A DNA stretch of 64,000 nucleotides from an uncultured Chloroherpeton sp. (GTDB lineage: Bacteria; Bacteroidota; Ignavibacteria; Kapaibacteriales; UBA2268). The DNA is taken from positions 1,326 through 65,325 of the forward strand of contig CAZCNL010000010.1 of assembly GCA_964500435.1 (NCBI GenBank), given 5' to 3'. The notes below the pieces were generated by a model that saw only the letters and a list, made by a program, of their open reading frames with translations, did no database searches and had not been told where the DNA came from. Shown here one piece after another: positions 47,868-60,203 of this stretch. A program made the translations under genes and the position numbers. The first letter of the stretch is position 1; each line of letters begins with the position of its first letter.

Positions 47868-49247
47868 TTATCTGCTCCATCCTATACCCAAAGGTGAACC
47901 AATAATAGCACCAATAATAGAATCATAACCACCAAAATCCATATTTCGATAATATGCAAAAGCAATAATTGAATGGTTGGAATAAACAGTATTTCCTTCG
48001 AAATAATCAAAAGAAATATTTTCGAATTTTTTGGTATCGATATTCAATTTGCCAGTTCCGTATAAGTAATCGTGCCTTGCACGTCGCACCCATTGTTTTA
48101 AGCGGTAAAGTCTGCTTTTTTCATCCCAATTCATCAACCAGCGAATATCGGGATTCCAATTATTAAATGAACCGGAAACGAAAACATCTTCGTTGGACTT
48201 CAACTCTGCGGGGTCTAAAATAAATTCGAGGTAAACATAATTATCCTCGCTTGCAGAAATTTGGGAGGTAATCATCGCCCCATCATTGTCGTCGTACAAA
48301 TAATTGCCATTGCGGACATAATCAGAGAAAGGCATTCGTACGGCATAATTTCCTGTTGGATATTCAGCTGGATTTTCCATATAAAGCGTGCGATAAACAT
48401 TTTCGGCGGGTAATTCATTCAAAAAGAATCTTTTTTCGTAACTTGAAAAACCAATAACAGAGGTTGGAAAAGTATATTTATAAAGTTGATTTTGATTGCC
48501 CCTGAAAGCGTCTTCATTTATTTTATAAGGCTCTGAGTAACGATTGTTGCGGTAAATTACAACATTTTTCAATTGAGAATTAAATAAATTGGAAGGTGCG
48601 GATAAGCGAACTTCAATATTATATGCTGAATTTGATACTTGAAATTGGCTTTTGTAAAAGCTTGAATTAAAATATAGCTGCATTTCAGCCAAAGGTTCAA
48701 TTACAAAAAATTTTGCTTCAGCAATGGGCTTGTCGTCGTTATAATATTCGAATATTTTAATTTTATAATTGCCTGAATATTTAAATTGAACTTGTGCGTT
48801 TGGGAATTTAAGTTTTGCTCGTTGGGAATAAAAGCTTGAACTATAAGGTGCGGATTCCCAAGAAAAATCACTTGTACGCATAAATCCCGAATTATTAATG
48901 AAGTTGTTGTCGTCTTCATTCCAATCAATATCACAATGGACAAATGTTGCATAAAAACTTGGTGAAACATCCGCATAAATATCAATTTCGAAAGTCAATT
49001 GCTTTGAACCAACATTTGATTGGACAGAATTTGGCTTGTTTAATAATAAAACAGGAGGCAATCTTTCGTTATCATCTCCATAGATTCGATAAAATCTAAC
49101 TTCTGTCGGCGATTTTATAGGTTTATCATCAGAAATTAATCTAACAAAGGAGAAAATGAAAATAAAGGTTACTGCAAAAAAGTAACTGCTTGATTTAAAT
49201 GTAATTAAGAAACAATTCTTATTATGAATTTTCAAATTATTAATCAA
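47868..49247 (-). CDS. DUF5103-like Ig-domain protein with a C-terminal CBM48-like segment
   Basis: F..CD.DW, SGNY.I.I, DVFVSGSFNNW, HDYLY, G...Y...NFGGYD. Confidence 0.6.
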   Translation of the reverse strand: MINNLKIHNKNCFLITFKSSSYFFAVTFIFIFSFVRLISDDKPIKSPTEVRFYRIYGDDNERLPPVLLLNKPNSVQSNVGSKQLTFEIDIYADVSPSFYATFVHCDIDWNEDDNNFINNSGFMRTSDFSWESAPYSSSFYSQRAKLKFPNAQVQFKYSGNYKIKIFEYYNDDKPIAEAKFFVIEPLAEMQLYFNSSFYKSQFQVSNSAYNIEVRLSAPSNLFNSQLKNVVIYRNNRYSEPYKINEDAFRGNQNQLYKYTFPTSVIGFSSYEKRFFLNELPAENVYRTLYMENPAEYPTGNYAVRMPFSDYVRNGNYLYDDNDGAMITSQISASEDNYVYLEFILDPAELKSNEDVFVSGSFNNWNPDIRWLMNWDEKSRLYRLKQWVRRARHDYLYGTGKLNIDTKKFENISFDYFEGNTVYSNHSIIAFAYYRNMDFGGYDSIIGAIIGSPLGIGWSR

Positions 49248-49771
49248 AATCCAAATCCCATAGTAACGCCATAAACTACATAAGTATTAGACGAAATAAT
49301 ATCCAAAGCAACGTTTGGAGTTAAAGAAAAATTATTAAAAGTAAATTTATAGCCCGTTCCTAATCGAATAAAAAATTTGGTTGTTGACTCTTTCAAATTT
49401 TCTTCTGGTGGGACAACGGCTTCTTCTTTTTCAAACACAATTGTTGGAGCAATATATAATTTAAAATGGCTCATTTCAACCCCAAGGGGAACACCAACCA
49501 AAAATTCGCTGTGGTCACCGGAAACATATTCGCCCGATAAGCCTACATAGACTAAAGGAGTTTCACCAAAATAGTGTTCGTATTCGATTGCCGCTGTGAA
49601 TGCACTCCAACTGCCAACACCTGTGAAAGAAGTTCCTCCTAAAAATAGACCTAATTCATTGCTATGTTCTGTCTCGGTTGTTCCTTCTGGTGCAGAATTT
49701 TCTTCATCTTGCGACAAGGCGGGAATAAATGCTAAGTTTAAAACAAAAAGGAAATAAAATAAATATTTCAT
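49244..49771 (-). CDS. Small outer-membrane beta-barrel protein
   Basis: Signal peptide, alternating beta strands, terminal GFGF. Confidence 0.65.
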   Translation of the reverse strand: MKYLFYFLFVLNLAFIPALSQDEENSAPEGTTETEHSNELGLFLGGTSFTGVGSWSAFTAAIEYEHYFGETPLVYVGLSGEYVSGDHSEFLVGVPLGVEMSHFKLYIAPTIVFEKEEAVVPPEENLKESTTKFFIRLGTGYKFTFNNFSLTPNVALDIISSNTYVVYGVTMGFGF

Positions 49772-49893
49772 AGAAAAATCCTTCTTTAATTTGTACAAAA
49801 ATAATTATTGATATCAAATTTAAAAAAATTATTTATCGTGGAATATAAATTACAAAAAAAATAACTTTTACTAATAAAATAAGATTTCGGAGA

Positions 49894-50742
49894 GTGATTA
49901 TGGTAACTACAAAAACTATAAAAATTGATGGGTTAAGATTTGATGTCCATTTGCACGAAAATTTGCAATCGAAGCCCATTGCTATCTTTTTTCATGGGTT
50001 TAAATCATTCCGTAATTGGGGATTTATTCCGTATATTTGCAGAGAAATAGCGAATGATAACGTTATAACAATAAATTTGGATTTTTCATTGAATGGAATT
50101 GTATCCGAAAATCCTGTGATTTTCGATATTGAGAAATTTGCAAGAAATACAATCACCCAAGAACTTGATGATGCAAGAAAATTAATTAATATTTTAAATA
50201 ATTCAAAAAATACTCCGCAATTAAAGGAATTGCTTAAAGATTGGAATGGCGAAATAATATTGATGGGGCATTCCAGAGGTGGCGGAATATCTATGCTTTT
50301 AGCAGATGAAATAAAAACAATTAAATTAATTTTGCTCGGGACAATTTCAACGTTTGATAGATATACCAAGAGATTAAAACAGGAGTGGTTATCTAAAGGT
50401 TATCTGGAATTTAATGATATAATGAGCAAGCAATTGCTTAGAATGAATTCGACATATTTGATTGATTTAGAAGAGAATAAAGAGAAATTTGATTTATATC
50501 AAATTGCCCACCATTTGGAAATCCCAGTTCTTTTTATTCATGGTGAAAATGATATTTCGGAACGTGCAGAAAAAGCAAAAGAAATTTATAAAATAATACA
50601 AAATAATCAAAAAAGTAATTGTAATTTTGTATTATTACAAAAAGCAAATCATTTATTTAATGTAATACATCCTTTTGAAAACACGAATTTATTTTTAGAG
50701 GAAGCATTAAATAATATTAAAAATTTCTTAAAAAATGAATAA
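49894..50742 (+). CDS. Alpha/beta hydrolase
   Basis: FFHGFKSF..WG, GHSRGG nucleophile elbow, IHG..D, ANH. Confidence 0.85.
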   Translation: MIMVTTKTIKIDGLRFDVHLHENLQSKPIAIFFHGFKSFRNWGFIPYICREIANDNVITINLDFSLNGIVSENPVIFDIEKFARNTITQELDDARKLINILNNSKNTPQLKELLKDWNGEIILMGHSRGGGISMLLADEIKTIKLILLGTISTFDRYTKRLKQEWLSKGYLEFNDIMSKQLLRMNSTYLIDLEENKEKFDLYQIAHHLEIPVLFIHGENDISERAEKAKEIYKIIQNNQKSNCNFVLLQKANHLFNVIHPFENTNLFLEEALNNIKNFLKNE

Positions 50743-51166
50743 ATATAAGTTGTTGATAGTATTTGTTTTAGCATTGCAATCTTGTCAATTAATTGTACTT
50801 TCGCCCGATAAAACTATCAAAAACAAATTTATAGCAAACCAAAACTCTGCTGAAGGAGTTTTTAATCTATTTTTATTGCAACTTGACAGTAATGATGTAT
50901 ATGCAGCGGCATTTTTACGGACTGATTCCACGGGACAAAAACGTTTGCCAATTTGGCAATATGAATCAATATTCGAACTTTCCAGATTGCAAAGACAAAT
51001 CAATAATTTACCTATTACAAGAATTAAATTTGACACTTTGAATCGCAATTCAATTTTGCTTTATGTAGAATTTGATTATTTGCGAGAAGTCGAATTTTTA
51101 GCGAGTAAAATTGATTCTACTTGGTATATTTCTAATAAAAAGAGCTGGAAAAACTCATTATACTAA
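50735..51166 (+). CDS. Hypothetical lipoprotein
   Basis: Lipobox LQSC after a hydrophobic leader. Confidence 0.6.
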   Translation: MNKYKLLIVFVLALQSCQLIVLSPDKTIKNKFIANQNSAEGVFNLFLLQLDSNDVYAAAFLRTDSTGQKRLPIWQYESIFELSRLQRQINNLPITRIKFDTLNRNSILLYVEFDYLREVEFLASKIDSTWYISNKKSWKNSLY

Positions 51167-51288
51167 TCCATTGACCAATTATTCAATATTAATTTAGTTA
51201 ATAATCACAAAAAATTTGTAATTTATTGTAACTTTTTCTTAATTTTGTTGTCTTAATTTAATGACTACAATAATTATAAGGTGTTATT

Positions 51289-53637
51289 ATGAAGAAATTT
51301 TACATAATAATTTCTATGCTTATATTAACAAGCATAAGCACAGCTTTATCATTGGATTTAAGTGGCATAACTTTGCCAAAAAATCCATTAATTGCCCCCG
51401 AAGGTAAAAACAGAGAGCTTCCTGAATTGCAAGGGACGCAACCACTATATATAATTTTTGATAATTTTGAAGCAGAAACACAGTTCAATGACGGAACGAA
51501 TAATGGCAAAATTATCGGTAATTTAGTTGCTTTGATGTATGCTGATTCTTTATATAATAGATGGCCTACTCCTGATTATAATTATATGAGTTATACAGTC
51601 AGAGCCTCGTTTTCTGATGCAACTTTTTCAAAATATAATATTACAGATTTCGATGTGGCTATATTCCCATTGGGCGATTATCCATTAAATGTTGCTACAA
51701 CGGGTGGCATCAAAGTCATTGATAAAATCAAAGAAATGCTCGATGCCGGAAAACGAGTTATGGTAATTGGACGAAGAATAATGCTTTGGGCTTTTTATCA
51801 AGATTCACAATTTTCGCAAGGTAAAGACCCAGTTGTAATAGATTTTTTGACAAATACATTAGGAATTGACCCCAATCCTCAATCAGATAATAGTGTTCCA
51901 ACAGGACCTATATCAACAATTCAAGGTAGTACCTACATTCCTTTCCATATAAATGGTATTGCAGATGACCCTATAGCACGTGGTTATGATTATTATTGCA
52001 ATGTCGGTTATGGTCGCAATGTTGATCCTGCTTTCCCGTTAATATTTCAATCTATTATCGATGTTTTCCGCTTAAAACCTGATGCAACAGCAATTGGATT
52101 TTCTTATATAAATAAATACGGAGACATTTCCGGTGGACCAAATGATGCAAAAAATGTTTCGCCAACGCCAGGAATTTGGGTTGGTTGCCGTGCTGATGTT
52201 GGTGATGGAAAAATTGCACTTTGGAGCATAGGAGCAGATGTATGCGCATTGCCTGAAAGTGAATATTATACAATTTCTGAAAAATATGCAATGGATTGGT
52301 TTACAAAAGATTTACCAAAACCAGAACCTTGGATTGAATTTGAAACAAGCAAAATTGATTTTGGTGCAACTTTACTTGATGTCGATAAACCGAGAGAATT
52401 GCGTTTTCGTAATTTCGGTCGTAAGCCGCTGACAATTAAGAAAATATATTTAAATGGCTGGGTAGATGATGGTATCTTTAAACTCTCAGGTGCGGAACCT
52501 GGTGTATTACAACCAAATGAAATTCGAACAGTTACAATCACTTTCCGTCCGGCAGAAGAAATTGATTATGAAGACCAATTGATGTTTGAATCAGATGCGA
52601 AAAATGCTCCTTCAGCATCAGTTACTTTGCAAGGTAAAGGTGGAAGTGATATTCCTGTGGGACCAGAAATCACAGTTCCTGACCAACCATTTGTATTTAA
52701 GACATTAGATATAGGCAGCTCGCAAATTATGGACTTTTACTTCGAAAGTTCCGGAACTGCAGCCTTAACAGTAAATAAAATCAGCTTTGAACAAAATGAC
52801 GGCTTAGTTTTCAATTTTCCGAAACCTATGAATTTCCCGATTACTGTTCCTGCAGGACAAAAGTATACTTTCTCGGTGAGATTTGCACCAGCAGATTACG
52901 ATAAATTATATAAATGCATACTAAAAATAGTCTCTAATGCAAAAGTAAATTCAATTGCATATTTATATGGCGAAGGTCGTTCAATGTCTGCAGCAGAGGG
53001 TCCTCAAATTTCTGCTTCTGTTGATACATTGAAGTTTGGTGGCGTGAAACCACTCGGACATTTAATAAAAAATATTGATATTTTAAATACGGGCAAACAA
53101 GTTTTGAAACTTCAATCTTTATATTTTTCACAAAATGATGAAGACGTTTTTTCATATCCCTCAGAGTTAGATAACCAATTGCCGATTGAAGTATTGCCAG
53201 GTTCATTGTTTACTATTCCAATCACATTCAAACCTTATACTGATGGAGTTGATTACTTTGCAGATTTTGGTATATTTACAAACGCAACAAATCCGGGTGG
53301 AGATGACTTCCATATTTACTTCACAGGGACTGGCGATAAAAATGGTGTTTCCGTCAAAGAAGTAACAAATTCAGACGGGACTTTAAAATTGAAAGCATTT
53401 CCAAATCCTGCATCTTCCAACTTTACTATTGAAATTAATGCAGCTTCATATTTGAATAATACAACAATCAACATTTACGATTTGAGCGGCAAATTAGTTA
53501 AAAAGGTGTTTTCAGGAGCTATTCCAGAAGGTGCAAAGACAATCGAAGTCAATACTGCGTTGAGAACTGGTCAATACTTTATTCAATTACAAAACGGTAA
53601 TGAATCAATATCTTTACCATTACAAATAGTGAAATAA
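51289..53637 (+). CDS. T9SS cargo with three choice-of-anchor D / ASH-type Ig domains
   Basis: Repeated F.N.G..PL.I..I...L.P.....F.P blocks; CTD AFPNPA...IYDLSGKLV...LRTGQYF. Confidence 0.85.
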   Translation: MKKFYIIISMLILTSISTALSLDLSGITLPKNPLIAPEGKNRELPELQGTQPLYIIFDNFEAETQFNDGTNNGKIIGNLVALMYADSLYNRWPTPDYNYMSYTVRASFSDATFSKYNITDFDVAIFPLGDYPLNVATTGGIKVIDKIKEMLDAGKRVMVIGRRIMLWAFYQDSQFSQGKDPVVIDFLTNTLGIDPNPQSDNSVPTGPISTIQGSTYIPFHINGIADDPIARGYDYYCNVGYGRNVDPAFPLIFQSIIDVFRLKPDATAIGFSYINKYGDISGGPNDAKNVSPTPGIWVGCRADVGDGKIALWSIGADVCALPESEYYTISEKYAMDWFTKDLPKPEPWIEFETSKIDFGATLLDVDKPRELRFRNFGRKPLTIKKIYLNGWVDDGIFKLSGAEPGVLQPNEIRTVTITFRPAEEIDYEDQLMFESDAKNAPSASVTLQGKGGSDIPVGPEITVPDQPFVFKTLDIGSSQIMDFYFESSGTAALTVNKISFEQNDGLVFNFPKPMNFPITVPAGQKYTFSVRFAPADYDKLYKCILKIVSNAKVNSIAYLYGEGRSMSAAEGPQISASVDTLKFGGVKPLGHLIKNIDILNTGKQVLKLQSLYFSQNDEDVFSYPSELDNQLPIEVLPGSLFTIPITFKPYTDGVDYFADFGIFTNATNPGGDDFHIYFTGTGDKNGVSVKEVTNSDGTLKLKAFPNPASSNFTIEINAASYLNNTTINIYDLSGKLVKKVFSGAIPEGAKTIEVNTALRTGQYFIQLQNGNESISLPLQIVK

Positions 53638-53666
53638 ATAAACTCATATAATCTTTGAATAAAATC

Positions 53667-53697
53667 AAAAGGGGCTTGAAATAGCCCCTTTATTTTT
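53667..53697. terminator. Bidirectional terminator
   Basis: AAAAGGGGCT-tgaaat-AGCCCCTTTATTTTT between convergent genes. Confidence 0.8.
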
Positions 53698-53726
53698 AGA
53701 CAAATCTTTAAAAATTAAATATAAAA

Positions 53727-55100
53727 TTATTTTTTTAGAATGATAAATTCAGTTCTTCTATTTAAAGCACGACCTTCATTGGTTGAATTATCTGCAACTG
53801 GCAAGGTGTCACCATATCCCTTAGCGATAATTCTTGCCGGGTCAATTCCTTCATTAATTAAAGCATTTCTAACTTCATTAGCACGATTTTGGGAAAGCTT
53901 AGTGTTGTAATCCGGTATATTTGTACGATTTTGGGAATCAGTATGACCAGAAATTTCAATTTCAATCGTAGGGAATGCTTTCATTAGTTTTGCAACTCTT
54001 TTTATTGCTTTCATTGATTCTGGTTTCAAATTAAATTTATCAGTATCAAAATAAACATTTAAAAGTGTAATATCTCCAATATGAGGCACATTGTTGATAG
54101 TAATTGTATCCGATAAAACTTTATTTTCTAAACAATAATTCATTACAAATTTGTATTCACCAAATTCTGGTAAAATAATTTGAGTAGTATAGAAGTACTC
54201 GAATCTTTTTAATATATCAGTAAATAATAACTTAAACTCATCTTTTTTGTAAATATGTTTGTAATAACCGCCAGTGTTTTGGGGGAATTGCTGCATAAAA
54301 CCTTCATTAATTCCATAACCATAATCAATTGCATTAATGATAATTCCATTTTTTCTTGCCTGAGTTATTGCCTCTTGCATTGTTGAATTTGAAGAATTAT
54401 CCCAACCATCAGTAAAAATGATCAAAACACGTTTATAAGATTTGTCTGCCGACATAAGTTGATTAATACCAGCAATAATTGCATCAGAAATAGCAGTCAT
54501 TCCACCAAAATCTAATAAACCATTTCTTTTTAAATTATTTAAAGCATAGTCTGATGATTGAGTCAACGGCACTTCTGCGGCGACCCTTTGGTCATATTTA
54601 ATAATTGAAACTAAATCTTTTGAATTTTTAGATTTTAGAAAATTAATAACAGCATCTTGACAATCATAAGCCCTATCTTCACCCATTGAACCACTATGGT
54701 CGAGCACAATTGCAATTGCGAGAGGTGGTCTATCTTTAATATTACTTTCTTTGATTGTTAATTTATCAATCGGAATCTCGCTTTCTTCAGTAAGCAATTT
54801 GCCACCACAAAATCGTTTTAAGATAGAATTTGTAGTTGCATTTGATAAGTATGAATTTTTATTTCCAACTAAATGGAAATATACCGTAGCCTTTTCATCA
54901 TCATTAATTTCATAGCGAGTAATTTCTAAATCAATATCATTTTTATCAATATTATTAATATCTTTGGAATTTTGTATAAAATTTGGACTATAATTACTTG
55001 GTGGTGGCAATTCCGGAAGCTCGACTTCCCGATTCATAATTGATGCACAACCAGTTAAAAGAAAAACAGAAAAGAAGGTATAAATAATTAATTTTTTCAT
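53727..55100 (-). CDS. Lipoprotein with VWA and OmpA-like peptidoglycan-binding domains
   Basis: Lipobox LTGC; VLDHSGSM MIDAS, FTDG; ISGHTD...LSQNRA.EV...NRRTEF. Confidence 0.9.
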   Translation of the reverse strand: MKKLIIYTFFSVFLLTGCASIMNREVELPELPPPSNYSPNFIQNSKDINNIDKNDIDLEITRYEINDDEKATVYFHLVGNKNSYLSNATTNSILKRFCGGKLLTEESEIPIDKLTIKESNIKDRPPLAIAIVLDHSGSMGEDRAYDCQDAVINFLKSKNSKDLVSIIKYDQRVAAEVPLTQSSDYALNNLKRNGLLDFGGMTAISDAIIAGINQLMSADKSYKRVLIIFTDGWDNSSNSTMQEAITQARKNGIIINAIDYGYGINEGFMQQFPQNTGGYYKHIYKKDEFKLLFTDILKRFEYFYTTQIILPEFGEYKFVMNYCLENKVLSDTITINNVPHIGDITLLNVYFDTDKFNLKPESMKAIKRVAKLMKAFPTIEIEISGHTDSQNRTNIPDYNTKLSQNRANEVRNALINEGIDPARIIAKGYGDTLPVADNSTNEGRALNRRTEFIILKK

Positions 55101-55299
55101 ATGATTCCTAAATTTTTTTTACAAATTTACAAATATTATGCTAACCTAAATTAATATTTAGGTAATTAATTTTGATAAAAATCTAAATAAACAATTTAGC
55201 CATAATAAATTAAAAAATTAGTTGATAAATTAAATATTTACAAAAAATTCGTAATTTTGTAGTTTATATAAAACAGAAGAAATCTAAAGTCAAAGGAAT

Positions 55300-55381
55300 G
55301 CGGTCGTGGCGGAATTGGCAGACGCACTAGACTTAGGATCTAGCGGGGCAACTCGTGAGAGTTCGAGTCTCTCCGACCGCA
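55300..55381 (+). tRNA. tRNA-Leu(UAG), CCA not encoded
   Basis: Acceptor GCGGTCG/CGACCGC, D-loop GGCAGAC, anticodon arm CTAGA-CTTAGGA-TCTAG, long variable arm, GTTCGAGTC. Confidence 0.95.
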
Positions 55382-55422
55382 CTTTTTCTTAAATTTATAG
55401 ATTTTTATCTTTATTTATTTCA

Positions 55423-56835
55423 TTGATTGAGGATATTGTGGAAAAAACTATTAATTACTCGACTTCCGGAATTAACACTTTGGAACTTACATTAACAAAA
55501 GCGGAAGTAAATGCTCGATTTGACATCGCTTATAATGAATTACAAAAAAATGTTAATATTCAAGGTTTTCGTAAAGGTAAAGTGCCTTTACATATGTTAA
55601 AGCAATTATATGGAAAAGCGGTAGAAGCTGAAACGAATGTCGATATTGTTAATGAGTATTTCCCAAAAATTGCTCAGGAAGAAAATTTAATGCTTATTGC
55701 TAATCCAATTTTGAAAGATGTGCAAAAAACTGATGACAGTTATAAATATATAATTGAATTCCAAACAGTTCCTCAATTCGAAGTAAAAGACTATAAAGAT
55801 TTAACTATTTATGAACCTGTTCACGTTGTTACAAGCGAAGAAGTTGATCGAGAAATTGACCAAATTGCATTGGAATTCGCAGAGTACGAAGATGTTAAAA
55901 GCGTTGAATCCCATGATTGTTTGGTAAATGTTGGCATTGAACCAGTTCATGATCATGATGAGCACGAGCACGATGAGCACGATCATCATCATCATCACGA
56001 ACATCAATCAATTTATTTACGTGACGAAAAATATTATATAGATTTCCGTGATGCATTTTTATATAAGAAGGTTGGTGACGAATTTACTTATCATAATCCA
56101 GAACGTCCCGATGAACCAGAAATGAAAATTATTATCGAGAGTATTCAAAGAGTTACCCCACCCGCTGTTGATGACGAACTGGCAAAGAAATATTCCAAAG
56201 GGCAATTCGAAACTATAGATGATTTAAGAAAAGATTTAGAATTTAAAATTCAAGATTATTGGGACGAAAAAGCACGTCAAGAAATGGAAAATCAAATGAT
56301 GGATATTATTACCAAAAATAATAGCCATATAGTTGTACCAGAGCCTTTAATTGAAAATGCACTCGATATATTAGTTGATAATTTGAAAAAGCAATACGGA
56401 TTGAAAAAAGAAAATAAACAATTAGACCCAATTTTAAGAACTAATTATAGAAAGACAGCCGAAAACTTTGCTCGTTGGGATATGATTCGAAATGAAATTA
56501 TGAAAATTGAAGATATTAAACTCGAAGATTACGATATTGACGATTTTATTGAAACCAACAAACAACATTTGCCAGATGCTACAGTTGAACAATTGAAAGA
56601 AATCATCAACGCAAATGAGCAAGTTTTGGATAAAATTAAGTCTAAAAAGCTCTTCGATTTGCTACTTGGATATGCAACTACTGAAGAAATAAGCTTTGAT
56701 GATTATTACAAGAAACGTCAAATGGAAGCAGAGCAAGAAAATGCACCTAAAATCCAAGCAGAAGAATATGATCCATTAGAAAGTAGTGAATCAGATGAAG
56801 ATATCCAAGAAGATAATGAAGAAAAAGCAGAATAA
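55423..56835 (+). CDS. tig: Trigger factor with a His-rich insertion (start TTG 55423 or GTG 55438)
   Basis: IQGFRKGKVP signature; VDDELAKK; lies downstream of tRNA-Leu. Confidence 0.9.
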   Translation: MIEDIVEKTINYSTSGINTLELTLTKAEVNARFDIAYNELQKNVNIQGFRKGKVPLHMLKQLYGKAVEAETNVDIVNEYFPKIAQEENLMLIANPILKDVQKTDDSYKYIIEFQTVPQFEVKDYKDLTIYEPVHVVTSEEVDREIDQIALEFAEYEDVKSVESHDCLVNVGIEPVHDHDEHEHDEHDHHHHHEHQSIYLRDEKYYIDFRDAFLYKKVGDEFTYHNPERPDEPEMKIIIESIQRVTPPAVDDELAKKYSKGQFETIDDLRKDLEFKIQDYWDEKARQEMENQMMDIITKNNSHIVVPEPLIENALDILVDNLKKQYGLKKENKQLDPILRTNYRKTAENFARWDMIRNEIMKIEDIKLEDYDIDDFIETNKQHLPDATVEQLKEIINANEQVLDKIKSKKLFDLLLGYATTEEISFDDYYKKRQMEAEQENAPKIQAEEYDPLESSESDEDIQEDNEEKAE

Positions 56836-56856
56836 TTAAGATTTAAGCCTTAAATT

Positions 56857-56890
56857 AAAAAAAGCAACCTAAAAATATAGGTTGCTTTTT
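56857..56890. terminator. Bidirectional terminator
   Basis: AAAAAAAGCAACCT-aaaaatat-AGGTTGCTTTTT. Confidence 0.85.
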
Positions 56891-56912
56891 ATTTATAGTA
56901 AATTTGTTATAA

Positions 56913-58316
<1,404 letters not shown>

Positions 58317-58574
58317 TTAAAAAATAAGTAATTTACAAAATTCAAAATTACGAAAAAAAAAGCATATATGTTTATTTAAAATTGACGTACAATTTATATG
58401 ATGACATTGCATTAGGATTCAAACGGTGCAAATTGATTATTGATATTAAAATATCGACTGGTGAGATTATTTCTATAATATCTTTTGAAAAAGTTATATA
58501 TTTAGTAAATACTTTTTTAATAATTTCTTAAGTAATTTTGTTCGAAATGTTTTTTTTAATGGATATATTTAATA

Positions 58575-60203
58575 ATGGATAATATAGAATTAACTTTATT
58601 CAACAACCAACAAGTTTTATTCAAGAATAAAGATTTACTTGATATTAAAGGGGCAAGTATTTGGGCTTCAAATTATACAGGTAAAAAAGTGACAAGTTCG
58701 AATATATCTTATTTAATTCAATATGGTCGCATAAAAAAATATGGCGAAAATGGCAATGTATTTGTATCAGTCAATGACCTAATTAAATATTATAATTCAA
58801 TTCAAGGGAATAGGGAAATATTGTGGAAGGAGCAATTAGGCGAAGATTTAAATTGGGCTTTATCTTTTGAACAATACAAAGAAGCAGAAACAACAAAGCA
58901 CGTACATCGCTTACATCCATATAAAGGGAAATTTATTCCTCAATTGGTTGAATATTTTTTAGATACGCATAAAGATAAATTTAAAAAAGAGATTTATTTC
59001 AAAAAAGGAGATATTGTTCTCGATCCTTTTTGCGGAAGTGGAACTACTCTTGTTCAAGCAAATGAATTGGGATTGCATTCTGTCGGTATTGATATATCAG
59101 CATTTAACTCATTAATTAGCAACAGCAAACTTGCAAAATATGATTTAACGGAACTAAAAAAAGAAATAGATAGAATTACTTTAAAATTAAAAGTTTTTTT
59201 ATCTGATTCCCAAACGTTAGAATTTGATGAAAAGTTGACTCAAGCCTTAAATTCCTTTAATAATAAATACTTTCCTGCACAACAATATAAGTATAAACTA
59301 AGACAAGGTGAAATTAATGAACAGCAATACGGAAGTGAAAAAGAAAAAGAATTTATTGCAATTTATGAAAAATTAATCAAACAATTTAATGTATCTCTTA
59401 AACAATCTAATACACTAACATTTTTAGATAAATGGTATATTCAACCAGTTAGAAATGAAATCGAATTTGTAAATAATGAAATTAAGAAAATAAATAATAT
59501 TGAAATACAGAAATTGCTTTCAATAATACTGAGTAGAACTATTCGAAGTTGTCGTGCAACGACACACTCCGATTTAGCCACTTTAAAGGAGCCCGTTATA
59601 TCCCCATATTATTGCTCTAAACATGGTAAAGTTTGTAAACCACTATTTTCAATTTTAAAATGGTGGCAAACATATAGCAATGATACAATAAAAAGGCTTT
59701 CACAATTTGACAAAATAAGAACAGATACATTTCAGTTGTGTATAACAGGAGATAGCCGTGATGTAGATATTATTACTGAAGTTGGAAAAATTAACACTGA
59801 ATTTGCGAATTTGATCGAAAGGAACAAAATTAAGGGAATTTTTTCCTCACCACCTTATGTCGGGCTTATTGATTATCACGAGCAACATGCTTACGCATAT
59901 GATTTATTTGGATTTGAAAGAAAGGATGATCTTGAAATCGGACCATTATTTAAAGGACAAGGTAAAGCGGCAAGAGATTCTTATGTTGAGGGTATTTCCA
60001 AAGTGTTGTTAAATAGTAAAAAATATTTAATTGATGATTATGATATTTTCTTAGTTGCAAATGACAAATATAACCTATATCCTACCATATCTGAAATTTC
60101 AGGTATGAAGATTGTTAACCAATTTAAAAGACCAGTCTTAAATCGTACCGAGAAAGATAAGGGTGCTTATTCAGAAATTATTTTTCATTTAAAGGAAAGG
60201 TAA
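58575..60203 (+). CDS. Type II DNA methyltransferase, alpha-class, probably m4C, with an N-terminal HTH-like region
   Basis: HRLHPYKGKFIPQLV, DPFCGSGTT (motif I) before FSSPPY (motif IV). Confidence 0.85.
   Translation: MDNIELTLFNNQQVLFKNKDLLDIKGASIWASNYTGKKVTSSNISYLIQYGRIKKYGENGNVFVSVNDLIKYYNSIQGNREILWKEQLGEDLNWALSFEQYKEAETTKHVHRLHPYKGKFIPQLVEYFLDTHKDKFKKEIYFKKGDIVLDPFCGSGTTLVQANELGLHSVGIDISAFNSLISNSKLAKYDLTELKKEIDRITLKLKVFLSDSQTLEFDEKLTQALNSFNNKYFPAQQYKYKLRQGEINEQQYGSEKEKEFIAIYEKLIKQFNVSLKQSNTLTFLDKWYIQPVRNEIEFVNNEIKKINNIEIQKLLSIILSRTIRSCRATTHSDLATLKEPVISPYYCSKHGKVCKPLFSILKWWQTYSNDTIKRLSQFDKIRTDTFQLCITGDSRDVDIITEVGKINTEFANLIERNKIKGIFSSPPYVGLIDYHEQHAYAYDLFGFERKDDLEIGPLFKGQGKAARDSYVEGISKVLLNSKKYLIDDYDIFLVANDKYNLYPTISEISGMKIVNQFKRPVLNRTEKDKGAYSEIIFHLKER

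Noticed and set aside
55300-55381. tRNA-Leu as the prophage attachment site
   Set aside because: Its 3' end is not duplicated at either phage boundary and it lies 28 kb away
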